From positions 1 to 64,000 of the forward strand of contig CAXHJY010001577.1 of assembly GCA_964016885.1 (NCBI GenBank): a stretch of DNA of 64,000 bases, written 5' to 3'. Positions within the stretch are counted from its first letter, which is position 1. Each line of letters begins with the position of its first letter. A program made the translations under genes and the position numbers. Of this stretch, positions 46,825-63,760 are shown piece by piece. This DNA comes from Eledone cirrhosa. Taxonomy: Eukaryota. A model generated the notes under the pieces. That model was not told the origin of the DNA, did no database searches, and worked only from the letters and a program-made list of their open reading frames with translations.

Positions 46825-48577
46825 ACAAATAATATTTACCATTATATGTCCATAAACGTATCACAGATTTCCTAAAAGTATAAACAATTTAAATAATATT
46901 TGTTAATAGTTATTGTTGTTCGATTGGTTATTGATTAGGCGAAACTCGCTGATGAAGTCACACATTCGCCAATTGTGCATTGTTGCATAATAAATGCAGA
47001 CAGTGGGTGTTGTGTACTCACTTGCTGCATTAAGTGTAGCCGGAACTCGAGTACTCATTTACGTGTATTGTATTGAAGCAAATAACTTATTGTCTACTCT
47101 GGGATTTTTACATAACCTTTACATAACCTTACGTATTGTGTAAGCTGAGATGCAACTGGTATCAGCAGTGGAACGTATGCTAGTCCCGTCAACTAATTAT
47201 TATATATATATAATAATAATAATAATTGTTTCTACTTTCTGGCACAAGGCCAGCAATTATCCCAATGTATTTCTGGTACTTTATTTTATCGACCTCGGTG
47301 GGATTTGAACTCAGATCATAAAGGGCCGTAACTCTTTGCTGCGATATATATATAATAATAATAATAATAATAATTGTTTCTACTTTTGACACAAGGCCAT
47401 CAGTTACCCAGTGATATTACTGGTACTTTATTTTAATAATAATAATAATAATAATAATTAGTTGACGTGACTAGCATATATATATATGCTCCGTCGGATT
47501 GTAAAACTACCATCATTGAATTAAATTCTGAACTGTCTCTCATATATCTTGAGAAGGATTGCAAAATCACATTGAGTTTTAATATGTTTTGCCTTTATAA
47601 GGTTGTATTTTCAACTCATCTAAATTATATATATCATCATCATCATCGTTTAACATCCATCTTCCACCTCTGTGTGTGTGTAGTTCGACGTGGAGAAAAA
47701 TATGGTAAAATAAAGACGGTGATAGGAGGGTAAATGAGTAATATGTTAGTAATTAGAAAGATAATGTATGTCAAACCCCTTCTTGAGTGTGGTGAACAGC
47801 TTATATATTGGATGACTGGTGTGTTTAGAAAATATATGGGCGGGAATATTGTAACAGTGTGGTATGAGTGACTGTAAGTATAGAGTATTTCTAAGGAGGA
47901 TCTTTCACATTTAACTGTGCAAGTTGTAGGTATGGGAAATGGTTTTTCCATAAAGAGAACATTTTCTTAAACGTAAGTAGATTCTGAAAAATCTTTTAAA
48001 GTTGAAGTATTCTTTAGATAATTTTAAACACAAACAATGGTTCTACATCAACAGGCATTACAATTTGTTGTATTTCAAATGTTTATCATAATCCCATGGT
48101 AAATTCCCATATCATGAATTATATCACTTTCAATTAACAATATGTCATGCATATAGCATTTTTTTCAATAATTCTCGTTAAATTAAGTACCAAGTCACAC
48201 CACTCTTATAATTAGAGAAAGTATGACCAATATATTGCCAACTCTGAAATATTACCTTAGCAAAAACCAAATTCATCATCTCCTTAACATGAACACAATG
48301 AAGGTGTGAATAAAATTATTTAGAAATCATTACATAAGACTATTTTGTTATTCAAAGATAACGGACATAACTTTTACAAAATATAGTGTTCCATCTTTTA
48401 CTTTCATAATTTAATTACTATTGTTTCCATAAAGGAAAACAACAATGAGTTCTGTACCTACATTCATACATAATGATGACTGACAATAATACACTAGTAC
48501 TTTAATGCAGCATACTAGCAGAAAAATAAATCTGTATTTCTAGTATTCAGCAGCTTTTAAATAATATTATATATATA

Positions 48578-48662
<85 letters not shown>

Positions 48663-48719
48663 AGAGAGGAGGGGGGAAGAGAGGGTGTATGTGCATGTCA
48701 TTATCATAATTTTATATCT

Positions 48720-49960
48720 GCTTTTCTATGCTTCCAAGAATTGGATATGTCTTTTCTTGTACAACCTCCCACTAGCCATTGCATTCCTTTATCTCTCTGT
48801 GAGGTTCACTGTTTTGTGATCCCCTTTCGCTAATTCTACCCAACTTTTTCCTGGACTTTACTGCAGCTTCCTTTTTCCAGCATCTCTTAGCACATATTCA
48901 CCCAAAGGTTATCATCCTCAGGCATCACATATCAATACCAGCCCTGGTTTCTCTTTTGCATACTGCATCTGATTTCTTTTTATACCCATTAACATCACAC
49001 ATCGATTGTAGCATACTTGCTTCATTTCTCTCCAGCCTTCATATATCCTTAGCATTCACAGTCTATGCCTCACCACTGGGCTTGCTGTAAGAGCTACCCT
49101 TTTGTTTAAAGAGAGAAACATTTTAATGTCAACAGGGGTAGTATCTCCCTAAACCATTTCCATCTTGTTCTAATTCTAGCTTCTATATTATCAAAATAGC
49201 AATTTCCACTGTTAATTAGATCACCTACATAAAAGGAACATATGCGAAATTGGAAAAATTCATTTCGCTGGTGTTCTTACTACCAACTAATTATGTGCAT
49301 CAATCACATAGAAAGTCTGCATTTCTGTTAATTTGCCTGCTATCCCATTACACTTCTTGTGTAGCTGTTCCATTTTTACTTATTAAAGATGATCACTTCC
49401 CTAATGATACCAGTGATTTGTCTTCTTTTCTATTTTGCAAAGTTTACTATAAGCCTTTTTTTTAACCCTAAGATGTATTTCTAGAGCAGGTTTTTCTTTT
49501 CTAACTCTTCCATCGATTCTGCTTTAAGAATAAGGTCACCAGTATTCAGAAAGAATTTAATACACTGCAGTTGGCTAAGGAAAGTATCTTGATAAACATT
49601 TAATAGAGAACTGAAATCCTCACTAAACTCATTGTCAAATCTTACCATATCGATTGCAGCTCTGTATCTGAAATGCGCTGTTCTCAGAAGCCACACATCT
49701 ACACTCAGTTCCCGTAATACCCATTAGATATCAGATCATGGTTATCTATCATTGGCCTTATCCAGTTCAACACAAATTAGATATGGTTGCTTTGAATTAG
49801 CTTGGATTTTCACTTGTAGTTTTCTCACTAAGAAGAGAATTTCTATGGTGTTTTCATTCACGGAGCAAAATTTAAATGCATCACCAAGTGTGAATTTTTT
49901 CCTTAATTCTTTCTGTTGCTTTCATAACTTTATCAATCAGTGGTATGCCTGTATAGCTGC
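48720..49960 (-). mobile_element. Degenerate RTE-like LINE RT/3' fragment
   Basis: Broken frames with TIEILFLVRKLQ..YLICVELDKA.DR and DLILKAESMEELEK, resembling non-LTR RT motifs. Confidence 0.65.
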
Positions 49961-49964
49961 TGCT

Positions 49965-50010
<46 letters not shown>

Positions 50011-50093
50011 CGTTATTCTGGGTTGAATCGGAGGTAACCACAGTAAGTAAGGTACTCAATACATTGCAGAGTATAAAAGTTTTAATATAGATG

Positions 50094-50144
50094 AGATTCT
50101 ACAGGACTAGAACTGTTTCATTCTTTAGAAATCATCAGGAATCT
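50094..50144 (-). ncRNA. Type I HHR (parent of the 102-bp repeat)
   Basis: Minus strand: agattc-CTGATGA-t-ttct(aa)agaa-t-GAAACAG-ttctagtc-CTGTA-gaatct; element 3' end at ~50008 in (TA)n. Confidence 0.8.
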
Positions 50145-50730
50145 GGGTATCAAAAAATAAATATGGTATTTATAGGTCTCTACAAGTGGTAGGAGAGGGT
50201 GGGGAGTGGGATGGGTGTAGGTCATTGGTTGATAGAAAAGGGAATTCATTAAAAGCTAATTCTACAAAGCTATAGTTTATTTTTATTTTTATTTATATTT
50301 ATTTATGTTTTTAGAGTAACAAAGGCAGACAGAATTCTATAAACAGGTTCCGGATGGCATACCATTCCTTGTCATTAAGTTTCTCTTAAGCTAACAGATG
50401 TCTATAAGATCAGTGGGGGGGGGGGTCAGTCATGGTAGATAGAATTAAAGGAAAGGGAGATTCTTTAAAAGCTAAATTCATTAAGGTTCTACTAAGTGAC
50501 AAAGGTTTAGAGAATTCTGTAGACAGATTCAAAATACTGAGTGCATATCTTACAATTATCTTCGAACTTCTCTTAAACTAATCAACTATATGCCAAAAGT
50601 CAACAGACACATTCACAAAAAAATACACTCACTCACACACTCGCGCGCAACCATAAACACACATACACATACACATATACACACATAAAAACACACACAC
50701 ATATATAAATATATCTAGATACACACATAT

Positions 50731-50801
<71 letters not shown>

Positions 50802-50922
50802 CACACACACACACACACACTCATATATACACATATAAATACACTCACACACATACATACATACACACAAATATACATGTGTATACATATACAAATATAT
50901 ACACATATATATATATATATAT

Positions 50923-50974
<52 letters not shown>

Positions 50975-51120
50975 TTGTGTGTATGTGTGTGTATATGTAT
51001 ATATATGTATATGTGTGTGTGTATATATATGTATTTTATATATATATATATATATGTGTATATATATATATATATCTATGTGTATATGTTTGTATATGTA
51101 TACACATGTATATTTGTGTG

Positions 51121-51159
<39 letters not shown>

Positions 51160-51365
51160 ATAAATACTTTATCCTGCAATGTTGCAGAGTCGAATCCTTT
51201 GTAAATTGATACCTTCCCTCCAGCTATCCGTTTCCCAAGTATTCTCATGTGTCAATATCTATCTTGACAGATTTTTGTTTGTGTTATCTTTCCAAACTTT
51301 TCTCGTCCTTCCACCACGTCTTCTTCCATATATCTCATACATACATATATCCATACATACACACA

Positions 51366-51408
<43 letters not shown>

Positions 51409-51993
51409 TAAAAAACGAAAAATCAGTGATGCATCTGGACTCAGTTTATCAGTTTATTGCGTATTACAATTGTTTCGCCGACAGGTAGGGACATGATCAC
51501 TGTATGGATCTGGCTGATTCTACGGCTGCAGGTTCCTTCGGACACGGGTAATTCGTTCGGAGCAAATTTTCTCACTACCTGTCTCGAGCTACCTGCCGGC
51601 GAAACAATGGTAACACGCAATAAACTGAGTCCATATGCATCACTGATTTTTTGTTTTTTTATACCATCCACCCTCTGCTCTGTATGAATATTTAGTGCTA
51701 ATTTTGGCATACCGCCTATGGAAGCACCATAGCTACCATTATACACACGTATATATATATATATATATATATAACGGAGGAGTTGTGGTAAGGAACCAGA
51801 TGGACCATAACGCACCAGAGTACTCAATACTTAGGGTAGTAGAGGGGGTAATAGGAGAAAGTATGACCCCGACGGCAGAGCTCAAGCCGTATCGACGGCT
51901 ATTTCTGGAAATTTCAGTCCAGAAATAGCCGTCGAAACGGCTTGAACTCTGCCGTCGGGGTCATACATTCTCCTATATATATATATAGTAATA

Positions 51994-52024
<31 letters not shown>

Positions 52025-52239
52025 TTATTTGTATACACGCACACACACGCGCACACATATTTATATGTGCCTGTATTTGTATACCTATGGCGAGTGTGTT
52101 CGCGTATGCTTGTGTATGTACGTATATGGATGCGTGTATGTATTTATTTAATTTCAATTGCCTCTGTATTTTATTTACTTTATTTTAACTCTGAAGCCGA
52201 GAATCATTCGCTTTCCTAGTTAGAATTTTAGTCTACGAC

Positions 52240-52645
52240 TTCAGTTATACCATTTACGTGGTTTTGTCTTTGCGTGCAATTGTTCTCCACGCTCAACATA
52301 TGACGGATTATCTTCGTTTTTCCGTTCATTGCCAGAGAACGTCTCAATGAACCACCTAAGAGAATATTAGTCTACGACTTCGTTTATACCATAAACGTGG
52401 TTTTGTCTTTGCGTGTAATTGTTTTTCACCGCTCCAAATAATGACGTATTATATTCGTTTTTCTCCCGTTCTTTGCCAGGGAACGTTTCCACGAACCAAA
52501 GTATCGTCTTCCTGTCTTCCTCTGGTTGCAACGTTTTTTTGAAATATTCAGTTCTGCGTTCACAGATTGACTTTGTTAGTTTCAGAAGATCCCGTAAGTG
52601 TGGAGGCAGCGATTCTTTGCTTAAACTTTAATCTGTTATTTTAAT
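52240..52645 (+). mobile_element. Helitron 5'-subterminal fragment (shared with ~14250-14370 and 63770-64000)
   Basis: Shared ttctgcgttcacagattga..tttcagaagatcccgt..cagcgattctttgcttaaacttt block. Confidence 0.6.
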
Positions 52646-52651
52646 AAATAA

Positions 52652-52699
<48 letters not shown>

Positions 52700-53055
52700 T
52701 AACCAAGGTGATATTTACCAAAAAGAAGAACAATTCAACATCATGGATACCATCTTTTTGGTAAATATCATCTTGGTTAAGAGAGTGGGACTGGCTTTGT
52801 GCAGTGCCTTTGCTCACTATAAAAGCTTCACGGCACAGGCATTGCTTTATATCTGGAGATCTCCCTGCACTTGTCATCACATGGTACCATGGGCCCAGCA
52901 CTATGTGTCAGTAATTGTCACAAGTGTAGTGTTTGTACCAGTGTTTTCAAGTCGCTGGCTGGACTAAAAAGTCACAATCGTTCAGCGCATCGGTAGGGGT
53001 TCTCCTACATGGATATAAAGTAGTGGCCGTACTCGAAAACGAGTTGGCAGCCACC

Positions 53056-53091
<36 letters not shown>

Positions 53092-53735
53092 TTGTGTATG
53101 TATATGTATGTATGTATATATGTATGTATGCCGGGTCACACTTGACTGCTACTGGTAACATGTAACCCAGTACAACATGTCGGATGGTCGAGTCGTCGGT
53201 GACTAAACTGGCAACCCCACAAAGGTTACTTGATTTTGGACACCCTGCAGGACAAAAAATAAAACCTGACAAAGGGCGGAAGAACTCATAAGAGTCAACG
53301 GCCATCCAAAGGTGTGTAAATATGTATATGCACATATGTATGTATATGTGTATATACATGGGTGCATGTGTATGTACATATGCGCGGGGACAGAAAAAGT
53401 CGGGCTGGACACCCGATTGCGCAGTTAAACCACTGGGAGTGACAGATCCTAGCCTTCTAGGAGAAGGCAACTCAGGAAACTGGGATTACTCCGATATAAA
53501 ACCTGTGGCTCAGTAGTTTCCGATGATGTTGATCTTTTCTTCTTTTCAGGTTATAGCTACTGTCGCTCAGAGAGTGGGATTGGCTCAGTGCACAGTCTTT
53601 CCTCACTTTAAAACATATCTTCACGCACAGGCATTGTACAATAGAATTAATTAATATTTATTAATAATGGTGTATCGTGCAAATGGCCATACTCGATAAC
53701 GAGGGGGCAGCCATCATATATATATATGTATGTAT

Positions 53736-53773
<38 letters not shown>

Positions 53774-53810
53774 ATATATATGTATATATATATATATGTA
53801 TATATATGTG

Positions 53811-53841
<31 letters not shown>

Positions 53842-53880
53842 GTATATATGTATATATATATGTATATATGTATATATATG

Positions 53881-53947
<67 letters not shown>

Positions 53948-54070
53948 ATATATATGTATATATATATATATATGTATGTATGAATGTATATATATATGTA
54001 TATATATATATATGTATGTATGAATGTATATATATATGTATATATATATATATATATATATGTATGAATG

Positions 54071-54106
<36 letters not shown>

Positions 54107-54118
54107 TATGTATGAATG

Positions 54119-54191
<73 letters not shown>

Positions 54192-54200
54192 GTATGAATG

Positions 54201-54242
<42 letters not shown>

Positions 54243-54587
54243 TATGTATGAACTTCAAACACTCGTATATGAAAAAAACAACCTGTGCCCCCCCCCCCCT
54301 GTTTGAAGAACTTTGTAACGCGAACTGGCGCGAAGTTTATAATTATTGACCAACCAATCAAATTACTTTTCTAAAAACCTGGCATTTCGAGCCACTTTTT
54401 TCCATATAAAACAAGTAACATTTAGAGACCAACCAGATATGAGAAAAACCACAGACCCTCCATCTCAACTCTACTCTTGAAAAGCAGAAGAACTGCGAAA
54501 CCGGTAAAGGAACCAAATAAATATATATATATTTTTTTAAATAAGACTCCAGTTGCATTTTCGAATTCATCTTTGTTTCTTTATATG

Positions 54588-54663
<76 letters not shown>

Positions 54664-54664
54664 T

Positions 54665-54760
<96 letters not shown>

Positions 54761-54999
54761 TAGAAAGTGAGGTTTTTTTTACAAAATGAAAAATAACCGA
54801 GGTGTCCTACACGAGTGAAAGTATGAAGAAAAAGAGATGAAATCGAAAATGCAACTGGAGTCTTATTTTTTTTTAAAATATATATATATATTTGGTTCCT
54901 TTACCGGTTTCGCAGTTCTTCTGCTTTTCAAATGGTGAGTTAAGATGGAGGGTCTGTGGTTTTTGAAAAACCACAGACCCTCCATCTCAACTCACTCAT

Positions 55000-57032
<2,033 letters not shown>

Positions 57033-57046
57033 ATATAGGTATATAT

Positions 57047-57397
57047 CAGTGGCGAAGCGTAACCTGGAAAGCAGGGCATGCAGTCCAGTCGCCATGGTGG
57101 TAAGTGGGGCTGTGCTGACTTACCCTGCCTCCACCAATTCCCTCTAAATGACCCTCCTGGTCAAAGCCGCATGTGCTATCTAGTGTGTGTGTGTGTGTGT
57201 TATCTTATGTGTCTACGGTTTAGCAAGCAGCTAAAATTCTGCTTGCTTGAACGCGCGCTGACGTGTGTTTGTGTGTATGTGTGTGTGTGTTGTCTTTTTA
57301 TGCGTCTACGATTTAGCAAGCAGCCAAAATTATGCTTGCTTCAACTGACGCAATTGATCAACTCAAGATTCTATAACGCATGCACACTTCGCCCCTG
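57047..57397. mobile_element. MITE, second copy of 43618-43921
   Basis: Same TIRs and internal sequence, with a small internal duplication. Confidence 0.75.
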
Positions 57398-57450
<53 letters not shown>

Positions 57451-57454
<4 letters not shown>

Positions 57455-58555
57455 CAGAGTTATCCGGCGTTACCCGGTATAACTCTCAATGGAATAGTCG
57501 TACAAATAAACCGAAAGACTTCCCTTAAACACGACTATAGAAGTAACAATTTATAGGTGTTGCCCCTACAGTGGGCCTTTGAACGTTTACTTTGAAATAT
57601 CTCTGCCGCGGTGCTGCTATCAAAGACGAATCCGATGGTATCAATTTAAAGTTGGTGTCCCTAAAGAGAATTTTGGATCGTTCACTCTTAAAAGTCCCAT
57701 CCGGCAGAGCTGTCAGCATAACGACTCCGATTAGAGGTGGTGGTCCTTAAGAAGTCCTTAACACCACTTTGGTGTATCGTATTTGCTTTGCTTGTTATTT
57801 GAGATTGTAACCTAGAGAAGCATGTAACAGTCGGTGGCCACAAAAACGACCTTGGCAAGATCACGCTGGAATGTAAAAAAAATGTGTAAATAAGATGTAG
57901 GGAAAAGTAGATTAATTCGGTTAAAACTACGACACATCGACAGCAAAATGTAATAGCAACATATAAATGCGGAAAACGGAGACATTGAACATTTATAACG
58001 TACATCCTGTAAGTATTGTTTCCTCAATAACATGCGGATTCGCCTTTTGGACGACCAGACGCGTGCCGTTGGAAAGTCTTCGGGGTTCCAAATTCCTGAG
58101 GAGCATGACAGGGGCACCTTTCTTAAGTTGCAGTAAGTGTGGTGGCAATCCGGGAGGGTCTAGGGAGTTAAGGAATTCTGTGGTGTAATTAACAACTTCG
58201 TCAGGCTCATCCATAGAGTCTAGGGACTTGTAGGCGTGCAGATTTCCAAGCAAGCACACAACCACTCTTGATTTGTGTAGTTCTCCTCAAGATTAGGAAA
58301 AACAGACGTCCATAACTCAGCAAATGACTTAACGTATCTGCAAATCCTCGTAAGGTCCGCTGCACGATCTCCGTCGAGTGGAATTTGCCATCTCCCAACG
58401 ACAATATGGCAGCAGCAAAACCCGCTGATGTCTAATCACCTTGCAGTTGTGCTCTCATGTTTCTTGTAAGCGTCAGCTTTCTTACATAACGCCAAAGTGG
58501 GGAGGCCTTAAGGCATGTACCAACCGCATCAGCCCGCGTACCTTTTGGGATTACA
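57451..58555 (-). mobile_element. Helitron 3' fragment with Pif1 helicase remnant
   Basis: EFLNSLDPPGLPPHLLQLKKGAPVMLLRNL..NGTRLVV; 3' hairpin ccgggtaacgccgg..ctaa|t. Confidence 0.85.
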
Positions 58556-58887
58556 GGCAGAGGCGTATAGAGAGTGTAAATGCGTTAGGCATATATATAT
58601 GCCTAACGCATTTGCACTCTCTATACGCTTGCATATGTACTGCTAATGTCCTCGTTTTACGAGTAACTTTCTACCTTAATGCCTCTTTAATTATTATACT
58701 ATTCTCTTGTAATCTCTGCCACATGCATTCCACTCTGTGCCTCTTTAATCATTATATAATTCTCTTGTAATCTCTGTCACATCCATTCCACTCTGTAAAT
58801 ATGAAACTCTTGATGACAACATTAATACCCATGTTATATGATTGTTCAGTTGAATAGTAATTTAATTATATGTCCAAACTTTGCTAG

Positions 58888-58934
58888 TGCTCCGATGATT
58901 CCAAACGAAAGCTTGGAAGAAACGATTATCAGCA
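58888..58934 (+). ncRNA. HHR variant
   Basis: tgct-CCGATGA-ttccaa(acgaaagc)ttggaa-GAAAC-gatt-ATC-agca; stem III partly mismatched. Confidence 0.55.
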
Positions 58935-59126
58935 ATAAAATGTTTTGAACATAATTTTGATTATTGTGTAATTTATATTCCTGCTCTGTAAAAACATCTG
59001 ATGGATTTACATTGAGCTATTTTTCTTACTAGTAATAAGGTAGTAAGGAATTACTGACCTTTCCTGTTTATAGTTGTATATAGTGTATATATAACTATAA
59101 ATAATATTATTATTATTATATATATG

Positions 59127-60190
<1,064 letters not shown>

Positions 60191-60217
60191 GCATACAATA
60201 CAACAGGAGGAAACATA

Positions 60218-60270
60218 ATAGCATCACTGACGATGTTGCAGATGTGCAACGAAAGAATTTGTTAGACTAT
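60218..60270 (+). ncRNA. HHR-like motif of a dispersed repeat (60190-60460; inverted relative at ~42700-43000)
   Basis: CTGACGA-t-gttgca(gatg)tgcaac-GAAA; the second copy has CTGATGA; stems I and III are degenerate. Confidence 0.45.
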
Positions 60271-60462
60271 ACATATATGTGTTTGTGTCTATATTATATC
60301 TGTATTGTTGACCGTTGGTCAGTCAATGGTAACATTGAGGACCGAATAAATTAAATGAACCGATATAAAAGACACAGAAGCGAAAACCAACCAAACAGTG
60401 AGTGTGTTCTGTTATTAATTCTGGCAATATTATTACACAAATATAACAAGTATAACAATATA

Positions 60463-60516
<54 letters not shown>

Positions 60517-60521
<5 letters not shown>

Positions 60522-60676
60522 AATTAGTATATCTACTAACATATATATACAGATGCATACTTATGCCAGCAAATATATAGGTTTTGTCTTAGTAACTTTG
60601 TCGTTCAATGCATGGGGATGCAGAACAATAATATGAAAGACGTAAAATAAGAAAATTATAAAAATTAACTTACGTC

Positions 60677-60764
<88 letters not shown>

Positions 60765-60779
60765 TAACTTACGTCTTTC

Positions 60780-60785
<6 letters not shown>
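60517..60785. repeat. Dispersed diverged fragment of the 520-bp family with terminal fold-back
   Basis: Matches the unit segment aaagaatta..gcagaacaataatatga.agacgtaaaataagaaaatt; tatgaaagacgtaa/ttacgtctttcata inverted pair. Confidence 0.8.
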
Positions 60786-60825
<40 letters not shown>

Positions 60826-61132
60826 GTGATTTTTTTTTTACAAACTGAAAAATAGCCGAGGTGTCCTACACGAGTGTATGTATAAAGAAAAAAATATGAA
60901 ATCTAAAATGCAACTGGAGTCTTATTTTTAAAAAAATATATATATTTATTTGGTTCATTTACCGGTTTCGCAGTTCTTCTGCTTTTCAAAAGTAGAGTTG
61001 AGATGGAGGTTTGTGGTTTTTTTCACATATGGTTGGTCTTTGAATGTTACTTGTTTTGTATGGAAAAAAGTGGCTCGAAACGTATATATATATATATACA
61101 TGTGTTTATATATATATATACAATATATATAC

Positions 61133-61176
<44 letters not shown>

Positions 61177-61194
61177 TTATATATATATATTATA

Positions 61195-61240
<46 letters not shown>

Positions 61241-61266
61241 TTATATATATATATATATATTATATA

Positions 61267-62178
61267 CACTCACTGTTTCTCCCCTTCTCACTTCACCCCG
61301 TTCGCGACGAATACAATTTCCTTCTTTCTTACATTTGGATTCATCTCGAAAGGTCTTTTTTCTAAGCGCTCATATATTCACCCAGCTTATGCTGACAGAA
61401 TAACTATGTATCTTGTTCCCTTCCTATCTACGGTTAGCTTTCCTCTTTGTTGTTTACTTGTCTCACTCGCTTTACGTGTTTTAATTGTCCTAATAACTTA
61501 ATTTAGTTATTATTGCACCAACGTGAGGTATATGATTTTTAATGCAACGAAATATCTATGATCGTTGGCAAATCACTGATGAAGGGCTCATTTTATAACA
61601 TGTTATCCATGTGCAACCTGCAGTATTCTTCTCCCCATTTTTTCACATATATTTACCTAAACTGTGATTCTGTTTTTCTCTCTCTCTCTCTCTTACTGCT
61701 CCCTCGTTCTCTCTGTTTCTCCTACTTTCTTTCGCCCCCTCTGTCATGTCAATTAACACTTTCTCTCTACTGACCTCTTCCTCACACTTCCACTCACTCA
61801 CTCACTGTTTCTCCCCTTCTCACTTCACCCCGTTCGCGACGAATACAATTTCCTTCTTTCTTACATTTGGATTCATCTCGAAAGGTCTTTTTCTAAGCGC
61901 TCATATATTCACCCAGTTCATGCTGACAGAATAACTATGTAGCATGTTCCCTTCCTATCTACGGTTAGCTTTCCTCTTTGTTGTTTACTTGTCTCACTCG
62001 CTTTACGCGTTTTAATTGTCCTAATAACTTAATTTAGTTATTATTGCACCAACGTGAGGTATATGATTTTTAATGCAATGAAATATCTATGATCGTTGGC
62101 AAATCACTGATGAGGGACTCATTTTATAACATGTTATCCATGTGCAACCTGCAGTATTCTTCTCCCCATTTTTTCATA
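61267..62178 (+). repeat. 531-bp tandem (~1.7 units) in (TA)n
   Basis: Unit repeated (CTGATGA at 61576 and 62107); ends ttttttcata(ta)n. Confidence 0.85.
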
Positions 62179-62288
62179 TATATATACATATTTATATATT
62201 ATATATTTTTATATATATATATATACATATATATATATTATATACTTTTATATATATATTATATATATATACATATATATATATTGTA

Positions 62289-62343
<55 letters not shown>

Positions 62344-62346
<3 letters not shown>

Positions 62347-63760
62347 TTTAGCCCGGCGTTGCTCAGGTTTGTTCATTTGCTATGAAAAGTTACATATAGG
62401 TAAACATGGCTTGAAAGCGAATAAGTTTATCAATTAAGTGCATAAAGCAGTTGAACCGGTTATTAAAAGTTACGAACCAATTATCATTTTGGACAATCAA
62501 TGATGGGTTAATAATCTTCCAATAGCGAATTTAGTAGACCAAAGTTGCAAGATGGTGGCCCTCATGCCGCTGGGTGTCAGATCTGTCCGCCATGGGTGAC
62601 CCTACCAGGAAATAGTTTTCCAGACGGCATAGCTCCAACACCTCCAACACCTGCACCAACATCTATAGCCCCTCTTTCTAGACGATATTGCGTGTCATCC
62701 CTTGAGGAGTGTAAGCAAACAGTACATTCCTGCTCCCTACGCGGTTACAGACAACATAAAGTTGGCCATGGGAGAAGCATGGCTACCCCAAATGGATGCC
62801 CGCCAGCGACAATGTTTGCCCTTGTGACTTGATAATGGACATGGCAAAACATGGTCTCACCGGGAATTGGGATCGCCGGAAATCGAAGGGATATCCGACG
62901 CCGAGGGGAAAAGGTTCATCCTTGGCAGTGTATTCGGCAGAATTGCCAGAAGTACAACACTATGGGTGTTGTCATATTAATATTTAACCAATGAAAGTCG
63001 TAAAAAATAAATAATTAAACATTTCGATTCATATGTCTATAGCATTAATCTGTTATATGAAGTGTTATTTTGCGGGTAGTTATTTGCAATAAGCCGATTT
63101 AAAATACACCAGAAAAGCCGTATGTCTTTACGGAACTCCAATGTCTCCCCCAGCAGTTAAATTATAGAGAGGGGGAATAATTTATTATAGAGAGAGGGAA
63201 GAGCGATGGAGAGAGTAAAGCTAAGAGACTATAGGGAGGTGTGTAAAACAGTGTTGTCATATAGAGAGTGAAGAGCGACAGAGAGAGTAAAGCAGTTAAA
63301 TTATAGAGAGGGGGAATAATCAATTATAGAGAGAGGGAAGAGCGACGGAGAGAGTAAAGCTAAGAAACTATAGGGAGGTGTGTTAAACCTCAAAGCAGGA
63401 AGAGAGTAAAGCAGTTAAATTATAGAGAGGGGGAAGAGCCACGGATAGAGCGTTATGACTATGTTTGTTGTTGTATAAAATGATGTGTTGCTTAGGTTTC
63501 AAAGTTTATGTCGCGTTCCTGAACGAAGTTTTGTCGGTGTTGGGTAGTAGAGAGAGTGAATAAGCGTGTAAGAGAGAGGTTTACAGCATGTGTTAAGTTT
63601 TATCGACTTTTTTCATAGAAGCAGGAAATATTTTGCAAAGTTTATTAAGCGTTGACCATCTTTGGTAAATTTGGAGCTCATTGAAAAGAAAATCATCAAA
63701 ATCGGTAGAGAAATGTGGAAATGCATAAAAATCATACACACACACAGACAGACATCTTCA
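62344..63760 (-). mobile_element. Internally deleted derivative of the 37483-42324 Helitron
   Basis: 62344-62920 matches 37487-38030; 63150-63760 matches ~41190-42300, including the taaagcagttaaattatagagagggggaa minisatellite. Confidence 0.85.

Noticed and set aside
47795-47980. Possible plus-strand exons ending in gtaagt
   Set aside because: Weak acceptors and no recognisable peptide; not supportable without RNA data.
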